A DNA stretch of 64,000 nt from an uncultured Saprospiraceae bacterium. GTDB taxonomy: Bacteria > Bacteroidota > Bacteroidia > Chitinophagales > Saprospiraceae. The translations under genes and the position numbers were made by a program. The stretch is taken from assembly GCA_964471595.1 (NCBI GenBank), contig CAYYGN010000006.1:26494-90493 (forward strand), read 5' to 3'. The notes beneath the pieces were generated by a model, which was given only the letters and a program-made list of their open reading frames with translations, was not told where the DNA came from and did no database searches. How positions within the stretch are numbered: the stretch's first letter is position 1; every line of letters starts with the position of its first letter. Positions 16,326-26,294 of the stretch are shown here, piece by piece.

Positions 16326-19300
16326 TGCGGCGGGGTTTTGGCGTAGGGGGCAAACATCTTTTCGAGCTGGGCGGCGAATTCCTCATCACCGGCATCCCGG
16401 GCCACCTTGATCAGGTCGTCCTTGGTGCGGTCGGTCAGGGCGAAGTCCTGTTCGAATCCGCTTTCCAGTTCCTTCACGCTGAGCGAGTAATAAAATTCGA
16501 GCCAGTCGCGGGTTTCTTCGGCCAGGACGGCGAGATGAGGCTTGGCCTTGTCATAGGCGTCGGCCTGGACATACACCATGATCATCGGGACGACCGAGTA
16601 GTCGAACCGGAAATTCATGTGGGGGAAAGCGCGGAAATAGATGTCCATCAGTTCGATGGCCTTTTCCTTGTTGCCCTGCCGCAGGAATTGGCGGGCGGCC
16701 CTCAGCATGGTATAGCGCTGGGACTGGATGCTGGGCATGTAGCTTTCGTCCACGAACAGGCGCATTTTGTCAAAATTGCCCCAGCGCCATTTGTCCCGGA
16801 CGTTTTCGAGCAGGAGATCGCTGTCCACCCGTCCGGCGCCGATGATGCCGAATCCCTGGTCACCCTGGGAAGGAACCGGTGATACCCGCAGTGCCAGACC
16901 TTCCAGGGACATGAAGGCCTGGAGGCCGAGCAGTTTTTCCTGTTGGCAGGTAACGGCAAAATAGATGGGCCGCTCGTGGATATTGGACACGATGATGTCG
17001 AGGACGGCCAGTTCGTCCTTGATGATGCTGTTTCCTTCCAGCCGGATGGGCAGCCGGTTGACGACCTGTCCGGTATCGGAAGGGGCGAGGACGCCGTTGG
17101 CCCGCATCCGCTCGATATCCAGGTTGAGGATCAGGTTGCGGGCGGGGACATAGGAATCCAGGCTGCGGCCGCTACCCAGAGGGAAGGGGTTGTCGGCCGC
17201 CATGAATTTCAGGGCTTCGATGGCGTCCATTTCCCGATTTTCGGCCTGCTGGGGGATGGGGAGCTGCACGCGCTTCATGCCGCGCAGGGCTTCCTGCGGG
17301 ATGGTCATTTTGACGGGGGGAGAGTCGTTGATTTTGCGGCGCAGATTGGAGATGTACCAGTCCACCGCGATGAGGCTGAGGTTGGCGACGCGGACGTCCC
17401 TGCGGATGCCCTCCACTTCCTGGGCATACCACAGCGGGTAGGTATCGTTGTCGCCGTAAGTGAAGATGATGGCATTGGGTGCGCAGGAATTGAGGAAATT
17501 GGCGGCGTAATCCCGGGAAGCCTTGTGATGGCGACGGCTGTGGTCGTCAAAGTTTTCAAACCCCATGATGACGGGGGCGGAGAGGACGACGAGCGTCGCC
17601 AGGGTTGCAGCGGGCGCCTGGCCCAATTTCACTTTTTCCAGGAACAGCCGGAACAGGGCCAGCACGCCGAGTCCTATCCAGATGGTGAAGGCGAACATCG
17701 AACCGGCGAGGACGTAATCGCGTTCGCGCGGCTCGCGGGGAGGCTGGTTGGAATAAAGGATGATGCCGATCCCGGTGACGAGAAACAGGACGAGGACGGC
17801 ATTGAACTCGCGTTTGGAACGCCGGGCCTGGAAGAACAGTCCGAGCAGGCCGAAGATCAGGGGCAGAAAGTAATAGGTATTCCGCGCCTGATTCTCCCGG
17901 ATCGATTTGGGCAGTTGAGACTGGTTGTACAGGTGCATGCTGTCGATGAAAGGAATGCCGCTGAGCCAGTGGCCGCTCCGCTTGTCCCAGGAGAAAATGC
18001 CCTGTTCGCCGTTCTGGCGGCCCACGAAATTCCACATGAAATACCGGATGTACATCCAGTTGATCTGGTAGTTGAAGAAGAACTTGATGTTGTCGGCGAA
18101 GGTGGGGGTGCCTTTTTTGTCACCCAGCCACTGCCGGTACAGGTCGCCCCGGGTGCCCTGGGTGTCGCTCATCCGCGGGAAAAGCATTTTGTCGCTGTCG
18201 CGGTACACATAGGTGATCTTCTGGTCAACGACCTCGTAGCCGTCGCCCACCCGGCCATAGCGGTCAGCCGTTTCGGTGCCGACGATGCGGGCATCGAAAT
18301 GGGGACCGCGGAAGAGGGGCCTTTCGCCGTATTGTTCGCGGTTGAGGTAGGGGACGAGGCGCATGGCGTCATCCGGTGCGTTCATGTTGATCGGCGGATT
18401 GGCCTTGGCCCGGATGACGACCATGCCGATGGTGGAATAACCCACCACGATGAGGCCGAGGGCAACAAATAGGTACTGCAGGTTTTGATTTCCCGTGCGA
18501 TGGGCGTGGCGCAGACCCAACCAAAGGATGGCTGCCACGAGCAGGACGAGGGGGATGAGGCCGGTGTGGAACGGCAGGCCCAACCCGTTGACCATGACGA
18601 GTTCAAACTTCGACCACAGCGTGGGCAGACCGGGTATGATCAGGCCCAGCATGACCCCGATGAAGAGGAATCCGGCGATGATGCCGATGAGGAGTCCCCG
18701 GGTGTTGGGGTTGGCCACCTTCTTGTAATAATAGAGGACGCCGAGGGCGGGAAAGGTCAGCAAGCTGAGCAGGTGGACGCCGACCGAAAGTGCGGCAGCA
18801 AAAAAGGCGAACATCAGCCAGCGGTCGCTTTCGGGGCGGTCGGGCAGGTTGTACCATTTTACCCCGGCCCAGAAGACGAGGGCGGTAAACATGGTGGACA
18901 TGGCATACACTTCGCCTTCGACGGCGCTGAACCAGATGGAGGTGGCGAATGCCGTCGAGAGTCCGGCGGTGAGGCCTGCACCGAGCAAAGCGTATTCCTG
19001 GGTCTGGGTGGGCTCTTCATTCCGGCCGGTGAGGGCCAGCTTGCCGAGGATCATGGTGGCCCAGCAGGTAAAGGTGGCGGCGAGGGCGGTACAGACGCCC
19101 GACATGAGGTTGACGGCAAAAGCGATGTTTTCCGGGTTGTCGCTGAACCATTCGGGGATCAGGGTGAACAGACGGCCCACCAATAGGAAGAAAGGCGCCC
19201 CGGGCGGGTGGACCACCTGAAGCTTGTAGGCGCCCAGAATGAATTCGCCGCAGTCCCAGAGACTTCCGGTCCGTTCGGCGGAAAAGAAGTACACCGTGAA

Positions 19301-19354
19301 TGCAACCGCAAATACAAGCCATCCGGTGAGGTTGGTCCAGCGTTGGAACGTCAT
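16322..19354 (-). CDS. DUF2723 / glycosyltransferase family 117-like large polytopic membrane protein
   Basis: The N-terminus ...YFFSAERTGSLWDCGEFILGAYKLQVVHPPGAPFFLL is the characteristic DUF2723 motif. There are many TM segments and a C-terminal TPR-like soluble part. Its stop overlaps the rpiB start (ATGA). Confidence 0.85.
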   Translation of the reverse strand: MTFQRWTNLTGWLVFAVAFTVYFFSAERTGSLWDCGEFILGAYKLQVVHPPGAPFFLLVGRLFTLIPEWFSDNPENIAFAVNLMSGVCTALAATFTCWATMILGKLALTGRNEEPTQTQEYALLGAGLTAGLSTAFATSIWFSAVEGEVYAMSTMFTALVFWAGVKWYNLPDRPESDRWLMFAFFAAALSVGVHLLSLLTFPALGVLYYYKKVANPNTRGLLIGIIAGFLFIGVMLGLIIPGLPTLWSKFELVMVNGLGLPFHTGLIPLVLLVAAILWLGLRHAHRTGNQNLQYLFVALGLIVVGYSTIGMVVIRAKANPPINMNAPDDAMRLVPYLNREQYGERPLFRGPHFDARIVGTETADRYGRVGDGYEVVDQKITYVYRDSDKMLFPRMSDTQGTRGDLYRQWLGDKKGTPTFADNIKFFFNYQINWMYIRYFMWNFVGRQNGEQGIFSWDKRSGHWLSGIPFIDSMHLYNQSQLPKSIRENQARNTYYFLPLIFGLLGLFFQARRSKREFNAVLVLFLVTGIGIILYSNQPPREPRERDYVLAGSMFAFTIWIGLGVLALFRLFLEKVKLGQAPAATLATLVVLSAPVIMGFENFDDHSRRHHKASRDYAANFLNSCAPNAIIFTYGDNDTYPLWYAQEVEGIRRDVRVANLSLIAVDWYISNLRRKINDSPPVKMTIPQEALRGMKRVQLPIPQQAENREMDAIEALKFMAADNPFPLGSGRSLDSYVPARNLILNLDIERMRANGVLAPSDTGQVVNRLPIRLEGNSIIKDELAVLDIIVSNIHERPIYFAVTCQQEKLLGLQAFMSLEGLALRVSPVPSQGDQGFGIIGAGRVDSDLLLENVRDKWRWGNFDKMRLFVDESYMPSIQSQRYTMLRAARQFLRQGNKEKAIELMDIYFRAFPHMNFRFDYSVVPMIMVYVQADAYDKAKPHLAVLAEETRDWLEFYYSLSVKELESGFEQDFALTDRTKDDLIKVARDAGDEEFAAQLEKMFAPYAKTPPQ

Positions 19355-19448
19355 ATCAGCAAGGTATCATGAAGCCGCTAAAGTAGGAAACATTGGCCGA
19401 AGCGGGAGTCCGGGGTGAAGGCCCTACTTTTGGGGAAACAACGCGCCT

Positions 19449-19598
19449 ATGTTCAAGCTTCTTGTGCTGGTCCTCCTCGGGTATATCGCCTGGCGGTTGT
19501 TCCGGATGAATCGCTCCCACCTGCCCCCCCGGGATTCCGGCCAGGATCAGCACCGGATCCGGAAGGAGTATACGGATTACGAAGAGGTAGATCGCTGA
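19449..19598 (+). CDS. Small (49 aa) predicted membrane protein, translationally coupled to the pseudouridine synthase
   Basis: Hand-translated as MFKLLVLVLLGYIAWRLFRMNRSHLPPRDSGQDQHRIRKEYTDYEEVDR*. It has one hydrophobic helix followed by a charged tail. Its TGA overlaps the downstream ATG (TGATG at 19596-19600). It is below the ORF-track size cutoff. Confidence 0.35.
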   Translation: MFKLLVLVLLGYIAWRLFRMNRSHLPPRDSGQDQHRIRKEYTDYEEVDR

Positions 19599-20290
19599 TG
19601 GAGGCGCCTTCTGATCTCGTCTCCCGGCTGGTCCTTTACCGCAGCAATGCCTTCTGGGTCTGCCACAAACCTGCGGGTATGCCATTGCAGCCCGACAAAA
19701 CGGGCGACCGCAGTCTGCTCGAATGGGCAGGCCAATATGCGCATCGACGCTTGTATCCCGTACATCGCCTCGACCGTCCGGTGAGCGGGCTCGTCATCCT
19801 GGCGCGGACCAAGACGGCCGCCGCCGCCCTCTCCGCGGCCTTCCAGGCCCAGGAAGTGGAAAAGATTTATCTGGCTGTCACGGCCAAAGCACCGGAGCCG
19901 GCTGAGGGTACACTGACCCATTTCCTCCGCTCCCTCGACCATCAGCACAAGGCCATTCTCACGGACGGCACGCACACCGACGACCGGCGGGCGGTGCTGC
20001 ATTACCGGACAGTGGCGGCCATAGATCGCTACTTCCTGCTGGAGGTACGTACGGAAGGCGGGCGGTTTCACCAGATCCGGGCTCAGCTCGCGGCCATCGG
20101 ATGTCCGATCAAGGGCGATGTCAAATACGGTGCCCGCCGTGGCAATCCCGACCGCAGCATTCATTTGCATGCCTGGAAGCTCCGCTTCGCCCACCCGATC
20201 AGCGGGGAGCCGATGGCCTTCGAGGCGCCCTTGCCGGACGATGTGGTGTGGCAAGCTCTGGGGGATGCACTCGCCCGTGGCGAGGCGTGA
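19598..20290 (+). CDS. RluA-family pseudouridine synthase
   Basis: The track ORF is 19415..20290. The conserved core begins at the Met at 19598 (MEAPSDLVSRLVLYRSNAFWVCHKPAGMP). The catalytic-Asp motif is HRLDRPVSGLVILART. The core includes KIYLAVT. Confidence 0.85.
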   Translation: MEAPSDLVSRLVLYRSNAFWVCHKPAGMPLQPDKTGDRSLLEWAGQYAHRRLYPVHRLDRPVSGLVILARTKTAAAALSAAFQAQEVEKIYLAVTAKAPEPAEGTLTHFLRSLDHQHKAILTDGTHTDDRRAVLHYRTVAAIDRYFLLEVRTEGGRFHQIRAQLAAIGCPIKGDVKYGARRGNPDRSIHLHAWKLRFAHPISGEPMAFEAPLPDDVVWQALGDALARGEA

Positions 20291-20310
20291 ATAGGGGCCT
20301 GGCCGGGCTT

Positions 20311-20697
20311 TCAGGCAGGGGTCGGCTTCCGTCGCATCTGCCGGATGGTGAGGACTGCCAGGATCATGAACGGCAGTGTGGAGGCGAGGATGCGAATATT
20401 TGCCTGCATCAGACCGATGGCCAGCATCAGCACCATCAGGAGGCCGATGCCGGCGATACCGGCATAAACCAGGGCGCGGGGCGGCCGGGGCCGGAGCAGG
20501 GAGAGCAGGAGGAGGATCTGACCGAGCAGGGGCAGAACGGTAAACGGATGCAGGGCTGAGGCCGGATCCCGGAAAAGCTGCCGGAAGAGCTCTGCTTCTG
20601 CCTGGAAGAGGAAAGTGTGGCTTCCCTGGCCCCATTCGAGATATCCGAAGAGGGAGGACAGGAGCAGGAGGAAGATAAGGAGGCGGAGTGAAGCCAT
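20311..20697 (-). CDS. Hypothetical integral membrane protein
   Basis: 128 aa with about 4 hydrophobic segments. No family recognised. Confidence 0.5.
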   Translation of the reverse strand: MASLRLLIFLLLLSSLFGYLEWGQGSHTFLFQAEAELFRQLFRDPASALHPFTVLPLLGQILLLLSLLRPRPPRALVYAGIAGIGLLMVLMLAIGLMQANIRILASTLPFMILAVLTIRQMRRKPTPA

Positions 20698-20798
20698 AAA
20701 CCTTTGGTTAGAAATTTTGCGCCTGATAAGGTATTGGCATCAAAGGTAAATATCAGAATGGCTTTGTTATTGTTCGTGTTGGCGGCGGAAGAAAGGCG

Positions 20799-22022
20799 TT
20801 ATTTGACAGGAAAATCCCTGGTAATCACTATTCTGAACATGTTGTTATTACTGTTGCGATCAATTCCTTTTTTACCCAGAATGACCAGGGCTTCAACTCT
20901 CAGGTCAATGATTTGCGCCAAATTCAGACCAATTTTGGGTCTTAAAAACCAATTGTGTCCTGATACCGATATGGAGTGTTCCAGGTAGTTGGTATCCAGA
21001 TCCCTGGTTTCTCCCAGGAAGCGATATCGTACTCCTCGGATTATTTCAGGTCTGACGCCAATTCCCAATCCTCCATAACCCAACATTTTATAATCCCTGA
21101 TGAATCTGAAATTCAAGCCGGCTTCACCATAGCCGATGGGGAATGCTTTTGTACTGAATCTGTTGAATCTATCCAGTGCCTCTTGAGAAATAGTTCCAAT
21201 ATAAGGTACCGAAGTTGTGTCGTTGATAAAGATTTTTCGGTTGGTCAGATCTATCGGATTCAGACGGTAATATGTAAATCCGCCTTCCATATATGACCCT
21301 ATCTGAATGGATTTTGATTTGATGAATCCAAATGTGAATTCCGTATAGCCATTCAGCAATGCCTGCCCTGCCTGTCGGATGGCTGCCTCGATCTGACCAC
21401 CCGTATTATCAGGTTGATTGTTACTGATGCTGTCGGATACCAAAAGATTCATATTGGATGAAAATCCCAGTCTCAAAGCGGTGTAAAGGCCCCAGTTGCC
21501 TCCAATGCGAAATCTCTGTTGACCTATCAGGTCCAGGTTGAAACCTGCCTGATTGAGCAGTGAGTTGCTTGTCAATTGCGTTTCATTTTGCGCAAGTGAA
21601 AGCTGTGCGCCAAAATCTATGAGGATACTCGGTTTGATCTTTCCAAAAGGAAATGTGTAAGTTGAACCTTCTTCAACCGGAGTTATGATTTTGGATTCTA
21701 TCCTTGATGCGTCAATATGAGGATAATTAGTTAATAAAGTTATTTTGCTTTTGTATTTTAAATTCATGGCATTGCAAAGATCACTAACGGATTTATGCAA
21801 GATGGGATGTACTTCCACCGCACCGTTATCAAAATTGATAAAGAATGTTTGATCTGAAATTACAATGGAAGAGATGCCTGTTGTGTCTATTTTGATGGAG
21901 AGGATGACGGAGTCCTTACCGTAATCTGATAGATAAGGGGGTGCCATATGAAGCGGTTGCCCATGTAGCGTGTGGATGATTGACGGCAACGAAATAAGGA
22001 TGAGAATACTGATTTTTTTCAT
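20799..22022 (-). CDS. Hypothetical secreted protein, possibly an outer-membrane beta-barrel, in an AT-rich island
   Basis: The start is trimmed to MKKISILILISLPSIIHTLHGQ (signal peptide) at 22022. The C-terminal two-thirds show alternating hydrophobic/polar strands with G/Y/F-rich turns. The DNA is strikingly AT-richer than its neighbours. Confidence 0.55.
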   Translation of the reverse strand: MKKISILILISLPSIIHTLHGQPLHMAPPYLSDYGKDSVILSIKIDTTGISSIVISDQTFFINFDNGAVEVHPILHKSVSDLCNAMNLKYKSKITLLTNYPHIDASRIESKIITPVEEGSTYTFPFGKIKPSILIDFGAQLSLAQNETQLTSNSLLNQAGFNLDLIGQQRFRIGGNWGLYTALRLGFSSNMNLLVSDSISNNQPDNTGGQIEAAIRQAGQALLNGYTEFTFGFIKSKSIQIGSYMEGGFTYYRLNPIDLTNRKIFINDTTSVPYIGTISQEALDRFNRFSTKAFPIGYGEAGLNFRFIRDYKMLGYGGLGIGVRPEIIRGVRYRFLGETRDLDTNYLEHSISVSGHNWFLRPKIGLNLAQIIDLRVEALVILGKKGIDRNSNNNMFRIVITRDFPVK

Positions 22023-22249
22023 GATGTATGTTGTTAATGGTTGTTTGTACAATTTGGTAATAATTGGATGTATTCCCCATCTGATTTCCGATGATAATTG
22101 CAATTAGTATCCTCACGGATCATCCATAATAATGAATAGCCCGTAGAAGGGACGACGCCAAATATTGGGTGGTATACTGATGCATTGACCGCGAGGGATC
22201 CGGTCAACATCATTGCATGCCTCCTTCTAAAAATCAGGTCTTCAGGACT

Positions 22250-23455
22250 TCACTCCTTCATGATTTGTTCTGCCTGCAAAAGGATACCCTTGTCATCGAA
22301 AAAAAGGAGGAAATATATTCCTGACGGCAATGAGGTTAGATTGAGTTGGGAAGTGTTTTCAGCTTCCATTTGGTACTGTCTCAGGATGTCATGGAGGCGG
22401 ACATGGACGGGGGCGGAAAACGCGATGTGTCCGCGGGTCGGATTGGGATATACACGGATCGGGACGGGAGTTGCAGACAGCCAGGATACCGCCGTGGCGC
22501 CACCGTTGTCCGTTTTGAGGATGAGGCCGTCATAGCCACAGGCGTAGCCGGTCCATTCGTCGGTGAAGTCCATGTCGTAGATCTGGCAAAACAGGTCACT
22601 GACCCCGCCGCCGGCATCGGTAAAGGTAGCGCCGCCATCGGTGGTCTTGTGCACCTGGCACCAGCCGGCGACATAGCCCGTGCGGGGATCGAGAAAATCG
22701 AGGGTATAATTCTGGAATTCGTTGTGATGGGTCCACTGGCCGCCTCCGTTGACCGATTTGCCGAGATAGCCGTCATACCAACCGGCCACATAAACGGTGT
22801 CGTTGTGGGGAAATACGGCCAGGTCCTCCAGGACGCTGAACATCTGGCCGGCAAAAGCGGAAACCGTATCGGTGATGAACCAGGACCATCCGCCGTCGGT
22901 GGTTTTGAGGACGTAGCCGCGTGTAGCGGCATAACCGGTGAGGCTATCGGAAAAATCGATGGCCGTGACATTCACATCCCAGAAGAGGGTCTCGAAAGCG
23001 GCGGGCTGCCAGGAGAGGCCTCCGTCCGTGGTGCGGGCGAGGTATCCGTTGGCCGAAAAATCCTGGCCGCCGATCCAGGCGTTCTGGTCGTCAAGGGCGT
23101 GGACGGCGTAGAGACGGATAAGGGAGGCCGTATCGGGCCCGGTACAGGACCAGGATTCCCCTCCGTCGGTCGTTCGGCAAATGGAGGAGGCGTCGCCTAC
23201 CACCCATCCTGTGGAGGGGGATACGAAATGGAGATCGTGCCAGTGGACGGAAAATCCAGTGGCGAGCGGCTGCCAGTGTTGGCCCCCGTCGGTGGTTCGG
23301 AGGAGGGTACCGTTTTCACCGGCGACGAAGCCCGTATCGGGGGCGGGAAAGCATATGGCGTTGAGCCGTTGATTGGTTCCGGACAGCAGGGTGGTCCACT
23401 GGGCCCGGAGGGTCGGGCTGAGGAGGAGGAGGAAGGGGAGGAGGAGGAATTTCAT
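22250..23455 (-). CDS. BNR/Asp-box repeat beta-propeller protein (Ycf48-like) with a T9SS C-terminal sorting domain
   Basis: Signal peptide MKFLLLPFLLLLSPTLRAQ. About 7 Asp-box repeats (TTDGGQHW, TTDGGESW, TTDGGLSW, TTDGGWSW, SVNGGGQW, TTDGGATF). The C-terminal VYPNPTRGHIAF...LPSGIYFLLFFD is a T9SS CTD. Confidence 0.8.
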   Translation of the reverse strand: MKFLLLPFLLLLSPTLRAQWTTLLSGTNQRLNAICFPAPDTGFVAGENGTLLRTTDGGQHWQPLATGFSVHWHDLHFVSPSTGWVVGDASSICRTTDGGESWSCTGPDTASLIRLYAVHALDDQNAWIGGQDFSANGYLARTTDGGLSWQPAAFETLFWDVNVTAIDFSDSLTGYAATRGYVLKTTDGGWSWFITDTVSAFAGQMFSVLEDLAVFPHNDTVYVAGWYDGYLGKSVNGGGQWTHHNEFQNYTLDFLDPRTGYVAGWCQVHKTTDGGATFTDAGGGVSDLFCQIYDMDFTDEWTGYACGYDGLILKTDNGGATAVSWLSATPVPIRVYPNPTRGHIAFSAPVHVRLHDILRQYQMEAENTSQLNLTSLPSGIYFLLFFDDKGILLQAEQIMKE

Positions 23456-23536
23456 GGCCGGGAATTTGCAGACAACCGATGAAAGGTAAAGATGCGGTAT
23501 TCCGGAGGTAACGGGACAGTGGGTGGGGAGGTCAAT

Positions 23537-24871
23537 TTACTTGAGATGAACGAGGGTGGCCGCTATCGCATCGCGGAGTTTGGGGGACACTTTTTGATCA
23601 TCGGCAAAGGATTTCCACTGGTGGACCGTATCATGGATCGCGTGTATGGTCTCTTCCGCTTTTTTGTAATTTATGAACTTGCCGACCGCCAACAAATCCC
23701 CGAAGGAAATGTGGTTTCTTTTTCCGTTGACGCTCAAGGCATGCTGGCTGACCCACTGGTGTTCCGGTTGATACGCGTGGCAAATGTCGTAGGCTGGTGC
23801 CAGTTCCCACTTGCCGCCTTTTTTCAGGCGGAAGGCGAAATTTTTGGTGTGGTCGTCACAGTTACGGGCCAATACATTAAAAACCATCCTGCGGAACATT
23901 TGCTCGGTATCGGGATAGGTTAATGGGAGTTGCCACATGGTTTGGAACAATTGCTCGTAACTGAAGCTGGTGACCATGTTGTAATCATAGTGCATTAAGG
24001 CACAAAAGGATTGGACATGGTGTTTGACTTGGTTTTGTTCCCGGTCGAATCGCCTGGTCATGAAATGGGCTCTGCCGTTTTCTTCCAGTAAACGGGACGG
24101 CATCATTTGTATGCCACAGGCCGTAGCCATCCGGTAATAAGCCATTTCCACGCGGCCATACCCTTTGCTGGCGCCCAACTGCACATCACTCACTCCGTCC
24201 AGCTTGATTATCCAATGTTCAAATCCCTGGGGAGCACGGGTTTGTCCTGAACGCACCTCTCCGGTTTTTTCGTTGAAGGCGATGACCGCTTTGGGCCTTG
24301 CTCCTCCTGAAGAAGTACCGGTCTTCAAAATGTCCAGGATCGCCTTTCCCTGAAGAGTTTTGAGGTTGGTAGTGAGCTTTGCTTTACCGGATAAAATCCG
24401 GTGCGCCATCTCAACGAGGCTGTCGATATCCAGAGATGTGGTCGTCTTCGATTCCCTGAGAATGGCCGGTGCGAATTCCAGGGCACCCATTCCCCGGGAG
24501 CCTGTAAAGCACAACATTTCCACCGGATTCATGCTGTCGGGAGGACGGCCTTGCAGGGCCAACCACTGGTTGATCAGGGTATTTCCGTATCGGTCGGGCA
24601 ATACGTCGGCCAACAGTCCCGGCAAGCCTTTGAAGGTATCGAGTTCGGGATCGGCTTTTTTACGGAGAGCGGGAAAGCGGAAAATTTGTTTGTCGGCATG
24701 CAGGGGCATTTGAAAGGGAGCCAGCTCCCATCCCAGCCGTTTGAAGGCGGGGTCGTACTCGAAGGAGGCCAGGCCGGTGGCCTCATCCCAGGACACAGCG
24801 CCGGCCAGTTCTCCCCAGATATGTACCCAAGCGGTCTGCATGTTTAAGGATTCGGACGGATGTTGAGGCAT
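23537..24871 (-). CDS. hipA: Type II toxin-antitoxin system HipA-family kinase toxin
   Basis: It has a HipA N-terminal coupling domain. GTSSGGARPKAVIAF is P-loop-like. The catalytic motif is ARNCDDHTKNFAF. The ATG overlaps the upstream HTH gene stop by 1 nt (TAATG). Confidence 0.9.
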   Translation of the reverse strand: MPQHPSESLNMQTAWVHIWGELAGAVSWDEATGLASFEYDPAFKRLGWELAPFQMPLHADKQIFRFPALRKKADPELDTFKGLPGLLADVLPDRYGNTLINQWLALQGRPPDSMNPVEMLCFTGSRGMGALEFAPAILRESKTTTSLDIDSLVEMAHRILSGKAKLTTNLKTLQGKAILDILKTGTSSGGARPKAVIAFNEKTGEVRSGQTRAPQGFEHWIIKLDGVSDVQLGASKGYGRVEMAYYRMATACGIQMMPSRLLEENGRAHFMTRRFDREQNQVKHHVQSFCALMHYDYNMVTSFSYEQLFQTMWQLPLTYPDTEQMFRRMVFNVLARNCDDHTKNFAFRLKKGGKWELAPAYDICHAYQPEHQWVSQHALSVNGKRNHISFGDLLAVGKFINYKKAEETIHAIHDTVHQWKSFADDQKVSPKLRDAIAATLVHLK

Positions 24872-25191
24872 TATCGGGAATGGCGGGCTCTTTTGCGGCG
24901 GGACCGCTCGGCTTTGGCCAGCGCCAGCGGGCTGATGGTCGGCGTGATGTCAAAGGCATCCATAACGTGCAGAAGGTCGAGCACCCGCAACACCTGGATG
25001 AGCGTGGCCAGGGTGACGGTTTCGCCTCTTTCGAGAAGACTCAGGGTAGATCGGCTGATGCCCGCATCATGAGACAATGTTTCCTGGGTGCGGTTTTGTT
25101 CCAGCCGGTGATGCCTGACAAACCGGCCTATTTGGGCGGAAATGGCTTTGTCGCTCATGGCCCGCCAATTGGTGAATGATTTATCATTCAT
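24871..25191 (-). CDS. hipB: XRE-family helix-turn-helix antitoxin (HipB-like)
   Basis: The track ORF is 24871..25482. The conserved HTH protein begins at MNDKSF (25191). The HTH is RLEQNRTQETLSHDAGISRSTLSLLERGE. It lies immediately upstream of hipA. Confidence 0.8.
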   Translation of the reverse strand: MNDKSFTNWRAMSDKAISAQIGRFVRHHRLEQNRTQETLSHDAGISRSTLSLLERGETVTLATLIQVLRVLDLLHVMDAFDITPTISPLALAKAERSRRKRARHSR

Positions 25192-25638
25192 AAAATAATA
25201 TTTTAGCCATTTATGACTTGTTTGCCATACAAATATAGGCATTTTTTGCCCGAAGTGCACTATCCGGCTTTCGGCGTAGGTTGGATGACCCATCCGGCTC
25301 ATTAGGACTTTTGTGGAAGCGTTTTCATGGGCCAGCGTGTAGGCCACGATGGTCGTTACGCGGTGTTCGGCCAAGGAATGGGTAATGGGTCCCCTGGCCA
25401 TTCCCGAGTCCAGTCGGCGATGGCGATAGGCGGGTTCAATCCTCCTGGACGCTGACCTGCAGGCTGAAGGACGGCGATGCATGCCCCGGGAGGGCGGAGC
25501 GCAAGCTCTCCGGGTCGCCGGGGATGAGTCTGAGACGGACGGTATCTATCATTTCCGGCATCATGAAAAGGGACCATCATCGAATGGCATCTGGTGCCGG
25601 TGGCAATGCATCATATCCGGGTTTTCCAAGAGAGGCAT

Positions 25639-26277
25639 TCATGTTTCCTTGTCGCCCGATTCGTTGGACATGGGTTGCAATTGGGGCAAATGAATGTGAA
25701 ACCTGATGGCGGCCCATCGTATGACAATGACGGTCAGGGCACCAATAATTTCCGTCATGCCAACGGGCAGTGAAAAATGCAAGCCCATAAAATACACGGC
25801 CCCTCCCGCCACACACGCCAGCGCGTAAATGTCCCTTCTGAAAATGAGCGGGACCTCATTCAACAATACATCCCTGGCAACGCCGCCCAGAGATCCCGTT
25901 ATGGTACCCATAACAATGCACACCCAGGGAGCGAGACCGGCATCCATGCTTTTGGTGATGCCCACCACCGTAAACAATCCCAATCCAATGGTGTCAAAAA
26001 CGAGCAGTGCTTTACCCTGATGGACAAGTTTTTCTTTGAACCCCAAGGTGGTAAGGAGCGCAAAGCCTGTCGTTAGGAAGTATTTGGCATCGGACATCCA
26101 GAAGGGTGGTACCCCCAGGAGCAAATCCCTCATGGTGCCTCCACCGATTGCAGTCACCAGGCCAATGATGTAGGCGCCAAACCAGTCGATTTGCCGGCGG
26201 GAGGCAGACCTTATGCCGCTGACGGCAAAGGCAAATGTTCCCAGAATGTCCAGCAGAAAGGTGAAGTTGGTCAGCAT
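25639..26277 (-). CDS. Trimeric intracellular cation channel (TRIC/UPF0126, YadS/YicG-like) family membrane protein
   Basis: It has two UPF0126 repeats with the glycine motifs AIGGGTMRDLLLG and SLGGVARDVLLNE. Confidence 0.85.
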   Translation of the reverse strand: MLTNFTFLLDILGTFAFAVSGIRSASRRQIDWFGAYIIGLVTAIGGGTMRDLLLGVPPFWMSDAKYFLTTGFALLTTLGFKEKLVHQGKALLVFDTIGLGLFTVVGITKSMDAGLAPWVCIVMGTITGSLGGVARDVLLNEVPLIFRRDIYALACVAGGAVYFMGLHFSLPVGMTEIIGALTVIVIRWAAIRFHIHLPQLQPMSNESGDKET

Positions 26278-26294
26278 GGCGCAAAGGGCAGGAT

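Noticed and set aside
20290-20311. Terminator between the convergent rluA-family and membrane-protein genes
   Set aside because: Only a weak 5-bp stem (GCCTG/CAGGC) is present, with no U-tract. This is insufficient support.
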